From assembly GCA_963776925.1 (NCBI GenBank), contig CAVZON010000006.1:404138-468137 (forward strand): a stretch of 64,000 nucleotides of DNA, written 5' to 3'. The stretch comes from an uncultured Chloroflexia bacterium (lineage in GTDB: Bacteria; Chloroflexota; Limnocylindria; Limnocylindrales; CSP1-4). The position numbers and the translations under genes were made by a program. The first letter of the stretch is position 1. Each line of letters starts with the position of its first letter. Positions 1 through 12,293 of this stretch are shown here, piece by piece. A model generated the notes under the pieces. That model searched no databases, was not told the DNA's origin, and worked only from the letters and a program-made list of their open reading frames with translations.

Positions 1-1067
1 CCCGACGCCGAGCCCCGTCCCCCACGCCGACGCCCGACCCCGTCCCCCACGCCGACGGCCACGCCGACCCCGCCGCCGACGGCAACGCCAACGCCGCTCC
101 CGACCGGCACGCCGCCGCCGATCAGCGGCTGGCAGCCACCGGCCGGCGCCGTGCCCGCGACCGGGACCGTCGTCTACCTGCAGAGCGAGCCGGGCGACTA
201 CATCGGCCAGGGCGAGACCCATCTCGACACGCTGGCCACCGCGATCCTCGCGTTCGATCCGGCCGGGGATCGGTTCTCCGTCCACGTCCGTGGCGATCGC
301 CGCTGGGATGGCTGGTTCGCGCCACAGGCCGCCGGGACGCCGATCGCCGCCGGGCACGTATCCGAACCTCCAGCGCTACGGCGTCTTCGTGCCCGGCCTG
401 AGCTGGACCGGGGAGGGCCGCGGCTGCAACGAGTCGATGGGCCACCTCGTCATCGACGAGTGGACCGGCTCGACCGACCGACCCCGATCGCATCGTCGCC
501 CGGTTCGAGCAGCGCTGCGACGCCAGCACCGGCGTGCTGCGTGGCTTCATCCGCTACGAGCGCGGCGACCCGACCCAGCCGCCGCCGCCCGGTGACGCCG
601 CGGACTTCCCATGGTCGCCGCCGGCGGGCGCGGTGCCGGCCACGGGCGACTACCTGTACTTCGAGTCGACGCCCGGCGACTACATCGGCCAGGGCAGGAC
701 CGACCTGTACACGGCGCCGGACGCGACCCTGACCGGATCCGACACGAGTGGCGTGGTTCGCCTGCGCGTCACCCGCGGCACGAGCGACTGGGACGTCCGC
801 GTGTCCGGGCCCGACGCGCAGGTCCAGCTCCAGCCCGGCCTGTACGAGGACCTCGGCCGCTATCCGTTCCACAACCCGGTCGAGGGCGGGCTGTCGATGT
901 CCGGTGAGGGCCGCGGCTGCAACCGGCTCGACGGCGCGTTCGCCGTCGACGCGATCGCGTACGACGCCGGGGGCCTGGCGTCGTTCGAGGTCCGCTTCGT
1001 CCAGCGCTGCGAGGTCACGAACCCGCCGCTGTACGGGGCCATGCGCTGGACCCGACCGGGGAACTAA
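1..1067 (+). CDS. Secreted repeat protein of unknown function, 3' part (5' end outside window); frame-broken as assembled
   Basis: Pro/Thr-rich linker (nt 1-120), then two tandem ~150-aa copies of one domain. Each starts PPAGAVPATG..Y..S.PGDYIGQG and contains GEGRGCN. Copy 2 is the intact ORF 534-1067. Copy 1 is split over the 151-, 290- and 534- frames (breaks near 345 and 480). No family recognised. Confidence 0.6.
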
Positions 1068-1083
1068 GGGGGCCCGGTCCGGC

Positions 1084-1089
1084 TACCAT
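1084..1089 (+). promoter_or_regulatory. Putative -10 hexamer TACCAT upstream of dnaE
   Basis: TANNNT hexamer 8 nt upstream of the in-frame GTG at 1098. It would exclude the TTG at 1089 as start codon. No experimental support. Confidence 0.25.
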
Positions 1090-1097
1090 TGCCCCCC

Positions 1098-4000
1098 GTG
1101 ACCCTCGCCCCGAACGACTTCACCCACCTCCACGTCCACTCCGAGTTCAGCCTCCTCGACGGCCTCGGCCGGATCACCGAGCTCGTCGATGCGGCGGCCG
1201 CGCAGGGCATGGACGTCGATGGCCATCACCGACCACGGCGCCCTGTACGGCGCGGTCGCGTTCTACCAGGCGGCGAGGACCAAGGGCATCAAGCCGATCA
1301 TCGGCGTCGAGACCTACGTCGCGCCGCCGCTCGATGACCGTCCAAGGAGGGCAAGGCCGACAGCCCAGCCCTTCCACCTCATCCTCCTGGCGAAGGACTA
1401 CACCGGCTACCAGAACCTGTGCCGCCTCGTCACCGACGCGCACATCGACGGCTACTACTACAAGCCGCGGATCGACCGCGAGCACCTGGCGAAGTACAGC
1501 GAGGGCCTCATCGGCCTGTCGGCCTGCCTCGGCGGCGAGGTCGCCAGGGCCCTCGAGGTCGACGACTGGGACCTCGCCCGCACGGTCGCCGGGCGAGTAC
1601 GGCGACATCTTCGGGCAAGGACCGCTTCTTCCTCGAGCTCCAGGACCACGGCCTGCCCGAGCAGCGCCGGCTCAACGAGCAGCTCCTGCGCCTCGCGCCC
1701 GAGGTCGGCCTGCCGCTCGTCGTCACGAACGACCTGCACTACGTCCGCGAGGACCAGTCCGAGGCGCACGACGTGCTGCTGTGCGTCGGGCACCGGCAAC
1801 AACCTCGACACGCCCGGGCGGCTGAAGTTCGAGACGCACGAGTTCTACGTCAAGTCCGCCGCCGCAGATGGCGCGCGCTGTTCCCGGACCAGCCCGACGC
1901 CGATCACGAACACGCCGGCGCATCGCGGAGATGACCGACCTCGCGCTGCCGCTCGGCCAGCTGCGGATCCCGCACTTCCCGGTGCCCGACGGCGAGACCG
2001 TCGAGTCGTGGCTCGCGCAAGGAGTGCCAGCGCGGCCTCGAGCGGCGCTACGGGACGGTCACGCCGGAGCTCCAGCAGCGCCTCGACTACGAGCTCGGCG
2101 TCATCACCTCGATGGGCTACGCCGGCTACTTCCTCATCGTCGCGGACTTCATCCGGTTCGCCCGGGAGCAGGGCATCCAGACGACGTGCCGCGGCAGCGC
2201 GCCGGGCTCGATCGTGACCTACACGCTCGGCATCACGCCCGGTCGACCCGATCCTCTACCAGCTGCCCGTTCGAGCGGTTCCTCAACCCGGACCGGGTGA
2301 CGATGCCGGACATCGACGTCGACTTCGAGGACGGCCGGCGCGACGAGGTCATCGCCTACGTCGGGCGCAAGTACGGCCAGGACCACGTCGCCCAGATCAT
2401 CACGTTCGGCACGATGCTCGCCCGGGCGGCCGATCCGCGACGTCGGGCGCGTGCTCGGCCACTCGCTACGGCGAGGTGGACCGCATCGCCAAGGCCATCC
2501 CGAACCAGCTCGGCATCAAGCTCGACGAGGCGCTCGAGATCGCGCCGGCGCTGCGCGAGCAGGTCGACGCCGACCCGGCCGTCAAGCGGATCATCGACTT
2601 CGCCCGCCAGCTCGAGGGCGTCGCCCGGAACGCATCGACCCACGCCGCCGGCGTCGTCATCAGCCGCGAGCCGCTGACCGAGCTCATGCCGCTCCAGAAG
2701 GCGACGAACTCGCGACTCGCTCATGACCCAGTACGAGATGCACGCCATCGAGGCGCTCGGGCCTGCTCAAGTTCGACTTCCTCGGCCTGTCGAACCTGAC
2801 GATCCTGCGCCAGGCGGTCGACCTCGTCCGCGCAGAACCGCGGCATCGACGATCGACCTCGACAACGATCCCGCTCGACGACGCCACGACGTTCGAGCTG
2901 CTGGCCACGGGCGAGACGACCGGCATCTTCCAGCTCGAGTCGGCGGGCATGCGCCGCTACATCCGCGAGCTGCGCCCGACGTCGGTCTACGACCTCGCCG
3001 CCATGGTCGCCCTCTACCGGCCCGGGCCCGATGGACAACATCCCGGCCTACATCCGCCGCAAGCACGGCCAGGAGCCGGTGACGTACCTCCACCCGCTGC
3101 TCGAGCCGTACCTGGAGAAGACCTACGGGATCTTCGTCTACCAGGAGGACATCATGGCCGCGGCCATCGCCCTCGGCGGGTTCACCGGGCCCGAGGCGGA
3201 CACGCTCGGCTACGCCATCCGCAAGAAGAAGTCGACGCGTGCTCCGCGCCCAGAAGGAGAAGTTCGTCACCCAGGCCGCCGAGCGGGGCGTCGACGCCCA
3301 AGGTCATCGACGCGGTGTTCAAGGCGTTCGAGCCGTTCGAGCGGTACGGCTTCAACAAGGCCCACGCCACCTGCTACGGGCTGATCGCCTACCAGACCGC
3401 GTACCTCAAGGCGAACTACACGGTCGACTACATGACCGCGGTCCTGACCGCCTTCCGGGACGAACGAGGAGAAGGTCGCGGCGGCGGTCGCCGAGTGCCG
3501 GCGCATGGGCATCGAGGTCCTGCCGCCGGACGTCCACGCGCAGCCAGCTCGAGTTCACCGTCGAGGGCGAGGCCATCCGCTTCGGGCTGCTGGCGGTCAA
3601 GAACGTCGGGCAGGGCGCGATCGAGTCGATCATCGCGGCGCGCGACGGCGGGCGGCGCCGTTCCGGTCGCTCGGCGACTTCTGCGCGCCGGATCGACCTG
3701 CGGCTGGCCAACCGGAAGGTCCTCGAGTCGCTCGTCAAGGTCGGCGCGCTCGACGCGTTCGGCCACCCGGCGCAGCTCCTCGCACGGGCTCGACGACGCC
3801 GATCGCGCGCCGGCGCCAGGCGACCCAGCGCGACCGGATCACGCGGCCAGACCTCGCTGTTCGACCTCGGCGCGGCGGACGCCTCGGCCTTCGAGCGGCC
3901 GCTGCCGAGCGCGACCGAGGCGCCCGTCCGCGAGCGGCTGCGCTGGGAGAAGGAGCTGCTCGGGCTGTACCTCTCGGAGCACCCGATGGGCGAGGTCGCC

Positions 4001-4937
4001 GAGCAGGTCGGGCGAGTTCGTGAACGCCTACTCGGGCGACCTCAGCGACGAGTCGCTCGACGGCCAGCGGGTCGTCGTCGGCGGCATCGTCGACCGGGCA
4101 TGCGGACGGTCATCACCAAGCGCCAGGAGACGATGGCCATCGTGACCCTCGAGGACCTCCAGGGCTCGATCGAGGTCGTCGTCTTCCCGCGCCTGTACGA
4201 GACGACCGGCCCGATCTGGCGCGACGGCGCGATCCTGCTCGTCGCCGGGCGGGTCGACCACAAGGGCGAGGAGGTCTCGCTGCTCGCCGACCTCGTGGCC
4301 GACTGGGACGACGCCGTGGCCGCGCGGCCCGGAGGCGTTCGCCCGCGAGGTCGCCGCCGGGGATCGCGGTCGTGGCGGCGCGGCCGCCGCCAGCCGGTCG
4401 CGGTCGGGCCCGGTCCGGGCGGTCGCCGCGGTCGCCGTGCCGGCGCGATGCCCGCGCCCGCCGCTGGTCGGCGTCTCCGCGCGGCGCGAGGACGGCGACG
4501 GGCCACCGGCCGCCGAGCTGCCGCGGATCACCCCGGCCGAGCCGGTCCCGACCTATCTCGACGGCCCGGCGGCCGCGGCCGGCGGCGACGACGAGCCGCG
4601 ACGAGCCGGCCGTGCCCGACGAGGCCCGGGCCCGGATCGTCGCCGACGCGACGGCCGACGCCCCGGTCGAGGCCGGACCGGAGGCCGTCCTCCACGTCCG
4701 GTTCGAGCGTCGGCGCGGCACCCGGACCGGCTGGTCAGCGCGATGGAGCAGTTCAAGGTCGCTGCTGCGCGATCGTCCGGGCGCGACCCGGGTCGTCTCC
4801 ACGTCCCGGCCCCGGGCGGTGGCGCGGCGCTGCCGATGGAGCTGCGCCGCGGCGTCGCCTACGACACGGAGCTCGTGGCCGAGGTCCGGCGGCGGCTGGG
4901 GGACGGGCTCGTCGAGCTGCGCCTCGCCAGCGCGTGA
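1098..4937 (+). CDS. dnaE: DNA polymerase III alpha subunit DnaE, heavily frame-broken as assembled
   Basis: PHP motif [13 protein letters not shown], then [81 protein letters not shown] and an OB-fold region ([18 protein letters not shown]). The sequence can be followed only by switching among all three + frames about 35 times (ORFs 1089, 1189, 1419, 1868, 2112, 2476, 2723, 2949, 3031, 3239, 3505, 4372, 4437). Stop 4935-4937. Alternative start TTG 1089. Confidence 0.93.
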
Positions 4938-4944
4938 CGGACGC

Positions 4945-5620
4945 GTGACCGACCAGCCGGCCGGACGACGTCGTCGCGCCCGACGGCAGCCCGGTCGCGA
5001 TCTACCGGGCCCTGCCCGACCGGCCGAGGCGGACCTGATCCACGCGGCGATCCCGGCGGGCTCGCGCATCCTCGACCTCGGCGCCGGGACGGGCCGGTTC
5101 GCCCGGGCGCTTGCCGAGCTCGGCCACACGGTCGTCGCGGTCGACCACGAGCCGGCGATGCTGGCCGGGCTGGAGGCCGTCCCGGGCATCGAGCCGGTCG
5201 TCGGCGAGATCGCCGGCCTGCGCCTCGGACCCGCCGCCGTTCGATGTCGCGCTCCTCGCCAGCCACCTCATCGATGACGACGACCTCGGGCCGGCCGCCC
5301 TCGAGGTCGCCCGGCAGCACCTGCGTCCGGATGGGGTCGTCGTCGCCGAGGTCGTACCCGCCCGGCCTCGACTGGCCGGCGGCGGTCGGGCGCCGGTCGG
5401 TGGTCGGGCCGGTCGGGCATCACCGTCACCCGCGCCGAGGTGACCGGCGACCGGCTCGATGCGGCGGTGCGCTACGACCTCGACGGCCGGACGTGGGACC
5501 AGCCGTTCGTCGCGCGGCTGCTGGATCAGCCCGCCCTCGAGGCACGGCTCGACGCGAGCCGGCCTCCGGTTCGAGCGCTGGCTGGACCCCGACCGCGGCT
5601 GGTTCCTCGCCCGGCGCTGA
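4945..5620 (+). CDS. Class I SAM-dependent methyltransferase, frame-broken
   Basis: SAM motif I ILDLGAGTGRFARALAELGHTVVAVD, then LRPDGVVV. The protein is traced through the 4372-, 5111-, 5244- and 5440- frames (about 4-5 breaks). Tail GLRFERWLDPDRGWFLARR, stop TGA 5618-5620. Confidence 0.72.
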
Positions 5621-5649
5621 GCCACCGGCAGGACCCGGTCAGGACTCGG

Positions 5650-6078
5650 TCAGGACGCGGGAGTCGGGCTCGGCGCCGGGCCGATGTCGGCGATGAGCGC
5701 CGACCACGGGCAGTAGCGATCGCTCGTCACGAGGCCCTGCTCGACGTCGGACGGGCGTGCCGTCGCAGACCTCGATGGTCACCTCGGCGAACTCGAAGTC
5801 GGCCGGGTCGATCGACCACGTGTAGCCCTCGTTGACGCCGGTCTCGCGCGACGACCCGCCCGTTCGGGATGCTCGGCACGTCCTCGCCGGCGACGAGCTC
5901 GTTCGCGATCTCGATGTCCGCCGGGTCGGTCAGCAGGACCTTGAACGTCTCGCCGCCGGCGACCTGAACTCGACGACGACGTCATCGGCGGCCGGGTCGG
6001 CACAGCCGGCCACCGACGCGAGCGACCCCGATCAGCAGGGCGACGAGCGACAGCGCGACGTCCGCCGCGCCCGGTCAT
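5650..6078 (-). CDS. Small putative lipoprotein, unknown function, frame-broken
   Basis: ATG at 6078 overlaps the upstream gene's stop (ATGA). After frame correction it reads MTGRGGR.VALSLVALLIGVA.SLASVAGC (lipobox-like), then GETFKVLLTDPADIEIANELVAGEDVPSIPNG and GYTWSIDPADFEFAEVTIEVCDGTP.SDVEQGLVTSDRYCPW. About 5 frame changes. Confidence 0.55.
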
Positions 6079-6655
6079 GCCTGGCCGGCCGCCTTGCGGA
6101 CGGCCTGGACGGACGACAGCAGCTCGTGGAACTCGGTCCGGATGCCGTTGAGGACGGCGGGCTCGAGGGCGAGCTCGTTGGCGATCTGGTTGACCTCGGC
6201 CGACTCCTCGGCCGAGATCGAGCCGCTGGCGGCCGCGACGAGGAAGCAGGCGCGCAGGATGTCCTGCTTCTGCTGGTCGGTGGCGATCCCGGCGAACTCG
6301 CGGACGACGACGTAGTCCTCGGTCCCGCCGACGGTCTTGGCCTGCAGCTTGGCCATCTCGGCGACGAGGTGGGCGGTCGACTCGTCGAGCGCGCCGCGCG
6401 TCTGGAGGGCGTCCTGGATGACGGCCGTCTCCTCGTCGCTGATCTCGAGGTCGGCGTGGGCGGCGCGGGCCAGCGTGTACGCGGCCGAGGCGACGAGTCG
6501 TGCGCGCTCCGGCGGCAGGGCCTCCAGCTGGGCGACGATCGGCCTGGACGGTGGCGGTCTCGCCGGGCGTGGTGGCGGCGTTGGTCAGGGCGGCCTCGGT
6601 GGTGTCGGCGGCCTGCTCGTGCGTCCGGGCCGGGCCCGAAGATGCGACGGAACAT
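6075..6655 (-). CDS. TerB-like (tellurite-resistance TerB family-like) protein, frame-broken near 5' end
   Basis: Starts MFRRIFGPGP at 6655. After two frame changes one frame runs IVAQLEALPPERARLVASAAYTLARAAHADLEISDEETAVIQDAL...MAKLQAKTVGG...AAASGSISAEESAEVNQIANEL to stop 6075. The paired hydrophobic-x-ADG/SG-x-IS-x-EE repeats resemble TerB. Family call is from memory. Confidence 0.5.
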
Positions 6656-6720
6656 GCGACTCCTCGACGGTGGGACGGGGCCCGAGTCTAGCGGCCATCG
6701 CTCCGGGTAGCATCGCGCAC

Positions 6721-7919
6721 GTGCTGATCCGCGACGTCCGCTGCATCGACGGCCTGTCCGACGCCGCCCGCCCGCACGTCGATGTCCGGCTCGAGGGCGA
6801 CCGCATCGCCGCCGTCGAGCCGCACGATCCGGCCCGGCAGCCGGCGCCCGGCGACGTCGTCATCGACGGCACGGGCCGGACGCTGCTGCCCGGGCTCATC
6901 GACGCGCATGCCCACTACACGTTCGACCCGACCGATGGCTCGCTCCAGTCGATCGCCCGGCGGACCGACGCGGAGATCCTGGCCGACGGCCGAGCGCCAC
7001 GCCCTCGTCGCGCTGCGTGCCGGCATCACGACCGCCCGTGGCGCCGGGCTCGATCCGGAACCTCGAGGTCGTGCTGCGCGACCGGATCGCCGCCGGCCTG
7101 GTGCCGGGTCCCCGGATCGTCGCGGCCGGCACGGCGGTCGGGGCCGTCGACGGGCACGGCGCGGCGTTCGGGCTGGAGGCGGCGGGCCCGACGGGCTGGC
7201 CGACGCGACCCGGCAGGTCATCGCGGACGGGGCGGACGTCGTCAAGGTCGTCGCCTCCGAGGCGGCGATGCTGACGACGACCGGCCACGAGCCCGGACGC
7301 ATCGTCCACGGCCGGCCGGAGCTCGACGAGGAGGAGCTGCGTGCCATCGTCGAGACCGCCGCCGGCGCTCGGGCGCCGGGTCATGAGCCACGCCCAGGAC
7401 AGCGAGTCGGTCCGCCGCTCGGCGGCGGCCGGCGTCGCCAGCGTCGAGCATGCCTGGCTCGCCGACGAGGCGGCCATCGAGGCGCATCCGGCGTCGGGCG
7501 CGCTGGCTCGTCCCGACCCTCGTCGTGACCGACGTCAACCGGACGCTGCCCGGCCTGACGCCGGTCCAGCGCGAACGCCAGGACCTGATCGAGCGGACCC
7601 ATCGCGCCTCGACCGAGGCCGCCATCCGGCTCGGCGTCCCGCTGGCGACCGGCACCGACACCGGCGAGGTCGGGGTGACAGCCGACATGGTCTGGCGCGA
7701 GATCGCCCTGCTCGTCGACCACGGCGCCTCGCCGATGGCCGCGATCCAGGCCGCCACCTCGTCGGCGCGCGCGGCTGCTCGGCGTCGATGCGTCGGTCGG
7801 CGCCGTCGCGGCCGGGCATGACCGCCGACCTCGTGCTCGTGGACGGGGATCCGCTGCTCGACATCGGGCGCCTCGCGGCCCCGGCGGTGGTCATCCAGGG
7901 CGGCGTCGTCGTCGACTGA
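6721..7919 (+). CDS. Metal-dependent amidohydrolase family protein, frame-broken
   Basis: VLIRDVRCIDG...VVIDGTGRTLLPGLIDAHAHY (HxH metal motif), ADVVKVVASEA, VMSHAQD, GVPLATGTDTG, C-terminal GMTADLVLVDGDPLLDI...VVIQGGVVVD. Traced through about 5-6 frame changes (ORFs 6337, 6782, 7017, 7341, 7450). Confidence 0.75.
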
Positions 7920-7962
7920 CCGCGGCGTTGCCGCCTGGGATCGGGCGGGTGTCGATCCGGGG

Positions 7963-8000
7963 TTGACATCGGCGGGACGTTTGTTGCATCTTGCCACAAA
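7963..8000 (+). promoter_or_regulatory. Putative promoter (TTGACA -35) plus palindromic operator upstream of the ROK regulator gene
   Basis: Perfect TTGACA at 7963-7968. Inverted repeat TTTGTTGCA-tct-TGCCACAAA at 7980-8000 (one mismatch) sits where a -10 element would lie. A second small palindrome ACAAAcccaTTTGT lies at 7996-8009. Confidence 0.35.
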
Positions 8001-9271
8001 CCCATTTGTGGGGAGACACGACAATCGTCCAGGCCAGTTCCTCCGCCCTCACTGGTGCGAACCTCGAGACGGTCCGGCGTGACAACCTGTCGGCGATCCT
8101 CCGGCATGTCCACCTGCACCCGGCGATGTCGCGGTCGGCGTTCGTCGCCCTGACGGGTTTGAACCGCAGCACGGTCGGCGACCTCGTCGGGGAGCTGGCC
8201 GAGCGCGGACTCGTGCGCGAGTCCCCGGGGGAGCGGCTGGGGCATCCGGGCCGCCCGTCTCCCGACGGTCCACGCCGTCGCCGATCGCGCGGTCGTCCTC
8301 GCGGTCGAGCCGGCGGTCGACTCCCTGGCGGTCGCGGTCGTCGGGTTGGGCGGCACGATCCACGAGCTCGTTCGCGTGGACCGGCCGCGTGGCCACACGT
8401 CGCCCGAGTCGACCGTCCAAGACCTCGTCGATCTGGTCCATCGTGTCGGGGCGGTCGCCCGCTACGCCGACCGCATGGTCGGGATCGGGGTATCGGCGAT
8501 GGCCATCGTCCGGCGCTCCGACGGGTTCATCCTGCTGGCGCCGAACCTCGGCTGGACCGACCTCGCGCTCGACCGGATGCTCGTCGAGGCGCTTGGCATG
8601 GACCTGCCGGTGACGATCGGCAATGAGGCGGACCTGGGTGCCGTGGCCGAGCACCTGCGCGGGGCAGGGCAGGGAAGCGACGACCTCATCTACCTCTCGA
8701 CCGAGGTGGGCGTCGGTGGCGGCGTCATCATCGGTGGGCAGCCCCTGGCCGGGCTGGCCGGCTTCGGCGGAGAGGTCGGGCACATCGCGGTCAACCCCGA
8801 GGGCCGGATGTGCAGCTGCGGCTCGCGTGGCTGCTGGGAGACCGAGATCGGCGAGCTTGCCCTGCTCCGCTACGCGGGTCACGGCGGCGACGGTGGTCGC
8901 GAGGCGGTCGATGCGGTCTTCGCCGCGGCCGAAGCGCGGGTCGCCAACGGCCCTCCGGGCGTTCGCCGAGGTCGGCCGCTGGCTCGGTCTCGGGCTGGCG
9001 AGCCTGGTCAACATCTTCAACCCGGGTCTGGTGGTGCTTGGGACGCGGTTCGCCCGGATGCACCCGTTCACGCAGGACGCGATGCAGCGAGAGCTGGACG
9101 CGCGCGCCTTGCGCATGGCCCGCGACCTCGTGACGGTGGTGCCCGTCACAACTCGGGGTCGACGCCCCACTGCTCGGGGCCGCCGAGACGGCGTTCGCGC
9201 CGCTGTTGCGCGATCCCATCGGCTGGGCCGAGCGGCATGACCGCTTGGCTGGCCAGGCACGGACCGCCTGA
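7991..9271 (+). CDS. ROK family transcriptional regulator / sugar kinase-like protein, frame-broken
   Basis: N-terminal wHTH (VRRDNLSAILRHVHLHPAMSRSAFVALTGLNRSTVGDLVGELAERGLV). ROK core has GNEADLGAVAE, GGGVIIGG and the Cys motif GHIAVNPEGRMCSCGSRGCWE. Tail LGVDAPLLGAAETA. About 4 frame changes (ORFs 7991, 8346, 8623, plus the final frame ending TGA 9269-9271). Start uncertain (TTG 7991 or 8006). Confidence 0.8.
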
Positions 9272-9356
9272 GTGGCCGGTCCGATGACGACGACGATCCG
9301 TGCCGTGCCGGTCACCGGAGCGACCGTCACGCGACCCGATCGTCGGGGACGACGGA

Positions 9357-9395
9357 CCCGTCCCGCTCGGGGACTCCTCCACCGAGCGGGACGGG
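9357..9395 (+). terminator. Perfect 14-bp stem hairpin downstream of the ROK gene (terminator-like, no U tract)
   Basis: CCCGTCCCGCTCGG (9357-9370) pairs with CCGAGCGGGACGGG (9382-9395); 11-nt loop. Confidence 0.35.
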
Positions 9396-9580
9396 CCACG
9401 TCCCGATCCATGCCTTCCCACTCCGCCCGCTTCACAGGGCTTGGCCGATGGGTCTGTGCGGACCCGACCAGCTAAGGAGGGATCGACCAGGACGACGACA
9501 CGCTAGCACGACCCCACGCCGCCGACCCTCATGTCCGGTGGCCAGGACCCGACGAATCCTTCCCTCGAAGGAGGAGCACC

Positions 9581-10646
9581 GTGTTTCGACGTGTTCTCGG
9601 GCCCGCACTGATCGCCAGCGCGATCATCGTGTCGGCCTGCAGCACCGGGGGTGGCGGCGCCGCCCCAGCCAGTGGCGATGCCCAGCCGTCGGCCGCCGGC
9701 GGTTCCAGCGATGAGACGGTCGGCGTGGCCGTGTTCCAGTTCTCCAACACGTACCTGACGCTCGTCCGCAACGCCATCGAGGCCCAGGCCGCAGAGAAGG
9801 GCATCGAGGTCGACGTCACCGACGGCCAGAACTCGCAGCCGACCCAGAACGAGCAGATCGACCTGTTCATCTCCAAGGCCTACCCGGCGATGGCCATCAA
9901 CCAGGTCGACCGGGAGCTGGCCGACATCACCCTCGACAAGGCCAAGGCCGCGGACATCCCGGTCGTGTTCTTCAACAAGGAGCCCATGCTCGAGGTCCTC
10001 GACGCGTGGCCCGGCAAGGCCTTCTACGTCGGCGCCAAGGCCGAGGAGTCCGGGACGCATCCAGGGCGAGATCGTCGTCGACTACTGGAAGGCCAACCCG
10101 ACCGCCGACCGCAACGGCGACGGCAAGATCCAGTACGTGATGCTCCAGGGCCCGGCGGACCACCAGGACGCCCAGCTCCGCACCGAGTACTCGGTCAAGG
10201 CCATCCAGGACGCCGGCCTCGAGATCGAGGAGCTCGCCCTCGAGATCGGTGACTGGAGCCGCCCCGTGGCCCAGGAGGACATGGGCGCGATCCTCGCCGC
10301 CCATGGCGACGCCATCGAGTTCGTCATCGCCAACAACGACGACATGGCGCTCGGCGCCATCGAGGCGCTCGAGGCGAACGGCTACTTCACCGGGGACAAG
10401 TACATGCCCGTCGTGGGCGTGGACGCGACGGCCCCGGCGCTCGAGGCGCTCGAGGACGGGACGCTGCTCGGCACGGTCCTCAACGACGCCGACAACCAGG
10501 GCAAGGCGACGCTCAACCTCGCCTACGCCCTGCCAACGGGCGAGACCGTCACCGACGAGAACGCCGGCTATCCGGTGACCGACGGCAAGTACGTCTGGAT
10601 CCCCTACAAGAAGATCCTCAAGGAGAACATCAGCGACGCGCAGTAG
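9581..10646 (+). CDS. Sugar ABC transporter substrate-binding lipoprotein (Mgl/Rbs-type, periplasmic-binding type I); one frame break
   Basis: RBS GGAGGAG, GTG start, lipoprotein signal MFRRVLGPALIASAIIVSAC. VGVAVFQFSNTYLTLVRNAIE...DIPVVFFNKEP...FVIANNDDMALGAIEAL...VVGVDAT. ORF 9581- joins ORF 10137-10646 with one extra base near 10058. Confidence 0.85.
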
Positions 10647-10724
10647 CCCGTCACGTGGCTCCGGGGCCGTCCCCCAGGGCGCCCCGGAGCCTTCCACCAC
10701 GTCCCATCCAGCGGAGGGCAGGTC

Positions 10725-12293
10725 GTGACCGCTCCAGCGTCGTCCGAGTCGTGCTCGAGATGCTCGGGATCCGCAAGGAATTCCCGGGGGTCGTCGCGCT
10801 CGCCGACGTCGACCTGCGTCTCCGGCCCGGCACCATCCATGCCCTCGTCGGCGAGAACGGCGCGGGCAAGTCCACGCTCATGAACTGCGTGTTCGGGCTG
10901 GTCGCCCCCGACGCGGGTCGCATCGTGCTCGACGGGCAGGACATCGTCGTCCCGTCTCCCCGGGCGGCCCTCGACGCCGGCATCTCGATGATCCAGCAGG
11001 AGCTCCACCCGATCCCGGCTCGCAGCGTGATGGAGAACATCTGGCTGGGCCGGTTCCCGACCCGGCGGATCGCCGGGCTGTCCTTCGTCGATCACCGCCG
11101 GATGGCCACCGACACCGCGTCGCGCTGCTGGCCGGCGTCGGCATCGACATCCCGACCCGACGACCCTGGCCGAGGACCTGTCGGTGTCGCAGGTCCAGCT
11201 CATGGAGCTGGCCCGGGCACTGTCGTTCCAGGCGCAAGGTGATCATCCTCGACGAGCCCACGTCGTCGCTCAGCGAGCACGAGGTCGCGACGCTGTTCGC
11301 GATCATCCGGCGGCTGCGCGACGAGGGTGCGGCCGATCGTCTACATCTCGCACAAGATGGAAGAGATCCTGGAGATCAGCGGACGAGATCTCGATCATGC
11401 GCGACGGGCACATGATCGGGACCTGGCCGACCAGCGAGCTGTCCATCGACCAGATCATCACCCGCATGGTCGGGCCGGAAGCTGGACGGACCGGTTCCCG
11501 GAGCAGGACGCCATGCGCTCGGCGACCGCTGCTCGAGGTCCGCAACCTGACCGCGGCCGATCCGCGGCTCGTTCAGCGACGTCTCGTTCGACGCTTCGCG
11601 CCGGCGAGGTCCTCGGGATCGGTGGGCTCGTCGGGGCCCAGCGAACCGAGCTCGTCGAGTCGATCTTCGGGCTCCGCCCGATGGCCTCCGGCGAGGTCGC
11701 GCATCGCGGGGTCGGGAGGTCCGTCATCCGGATCGCCGCTCGACGCCAAGGCGCCGGGCATGGCGCTGGTGACCGAGGACCGCCGGCTGAGCGGCATCAT
11801 CCCGACCCGCTCGGTCGTTCGAGAACACGATCCTGCGCCAGCCTGGCGCGCTTACGCGAACCGGCTGGGCTGATCGTCCACGCCGGCGCGACCCGGCGCG
11901 GCCAGCGGACGGGGTCGACGCGACTCCAGGTCCGGATGCCGATCGCTGACGCGACCCCGATCACCAGCCTGTCCGGGGGCAACCAGCAGAAGGTGCTGCT
12001 GGCCCGCTGGCTGCTCGCCGAGCCCGGACATCCTGATCCTCGACGAGCCGACCAGGGGCATCGACGTGGGCGCCAAGTTCGAGATCTACACGATCATCAA
12101 TGAGCTCGCCGCGCGCGGCAAGGCGATCATCATGATCTCGTCGGAGATGCCCGAGCTGCTGGGAGAGAGCGATCGGATCATGGTCATGTGGCGGGGGCGC
12201 GTGACCGGCATCGTGGAGCGCAAGGACGCGGACGAGGGCCTGATCATGCGTCTGGCGACCAACATCGCGGCCCGGGAGGCCGTCGATGTCTGA
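10725..12293 (+). CDS. Sugar ABC transporter ATP-binding protein (duplicated ABC domains, MglA/RbsA-type), frame-broken
   Basis: RBS GGAGGG then GTG 10725. [69 protein letters not shown], second domain [49 protein letters not shown]. About 9-10 frame changes. Confidence 0.85.

Noticed and set aside
13-57. 20-nt direct repeat (13-32, 38-57) as a possible CRISPR-like or regulatory repeat
   Set aside because: Only two copies, directly adjacent, inside a Pro/Thr-linker coding region of the upstream protein. It is an ordinary coding tandem repeat.
1098-4937. dnaE as a genuine decaying pseudogene
   Set aside because: Apart from the frame switches, every conserved DnaE motif is intact and there are no in-frame nonsense codons or deletions. 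Neighbouring unrelated genes carry the same kind of lesion. Sequence error is the simpler explanation, though it is untestable without reads.
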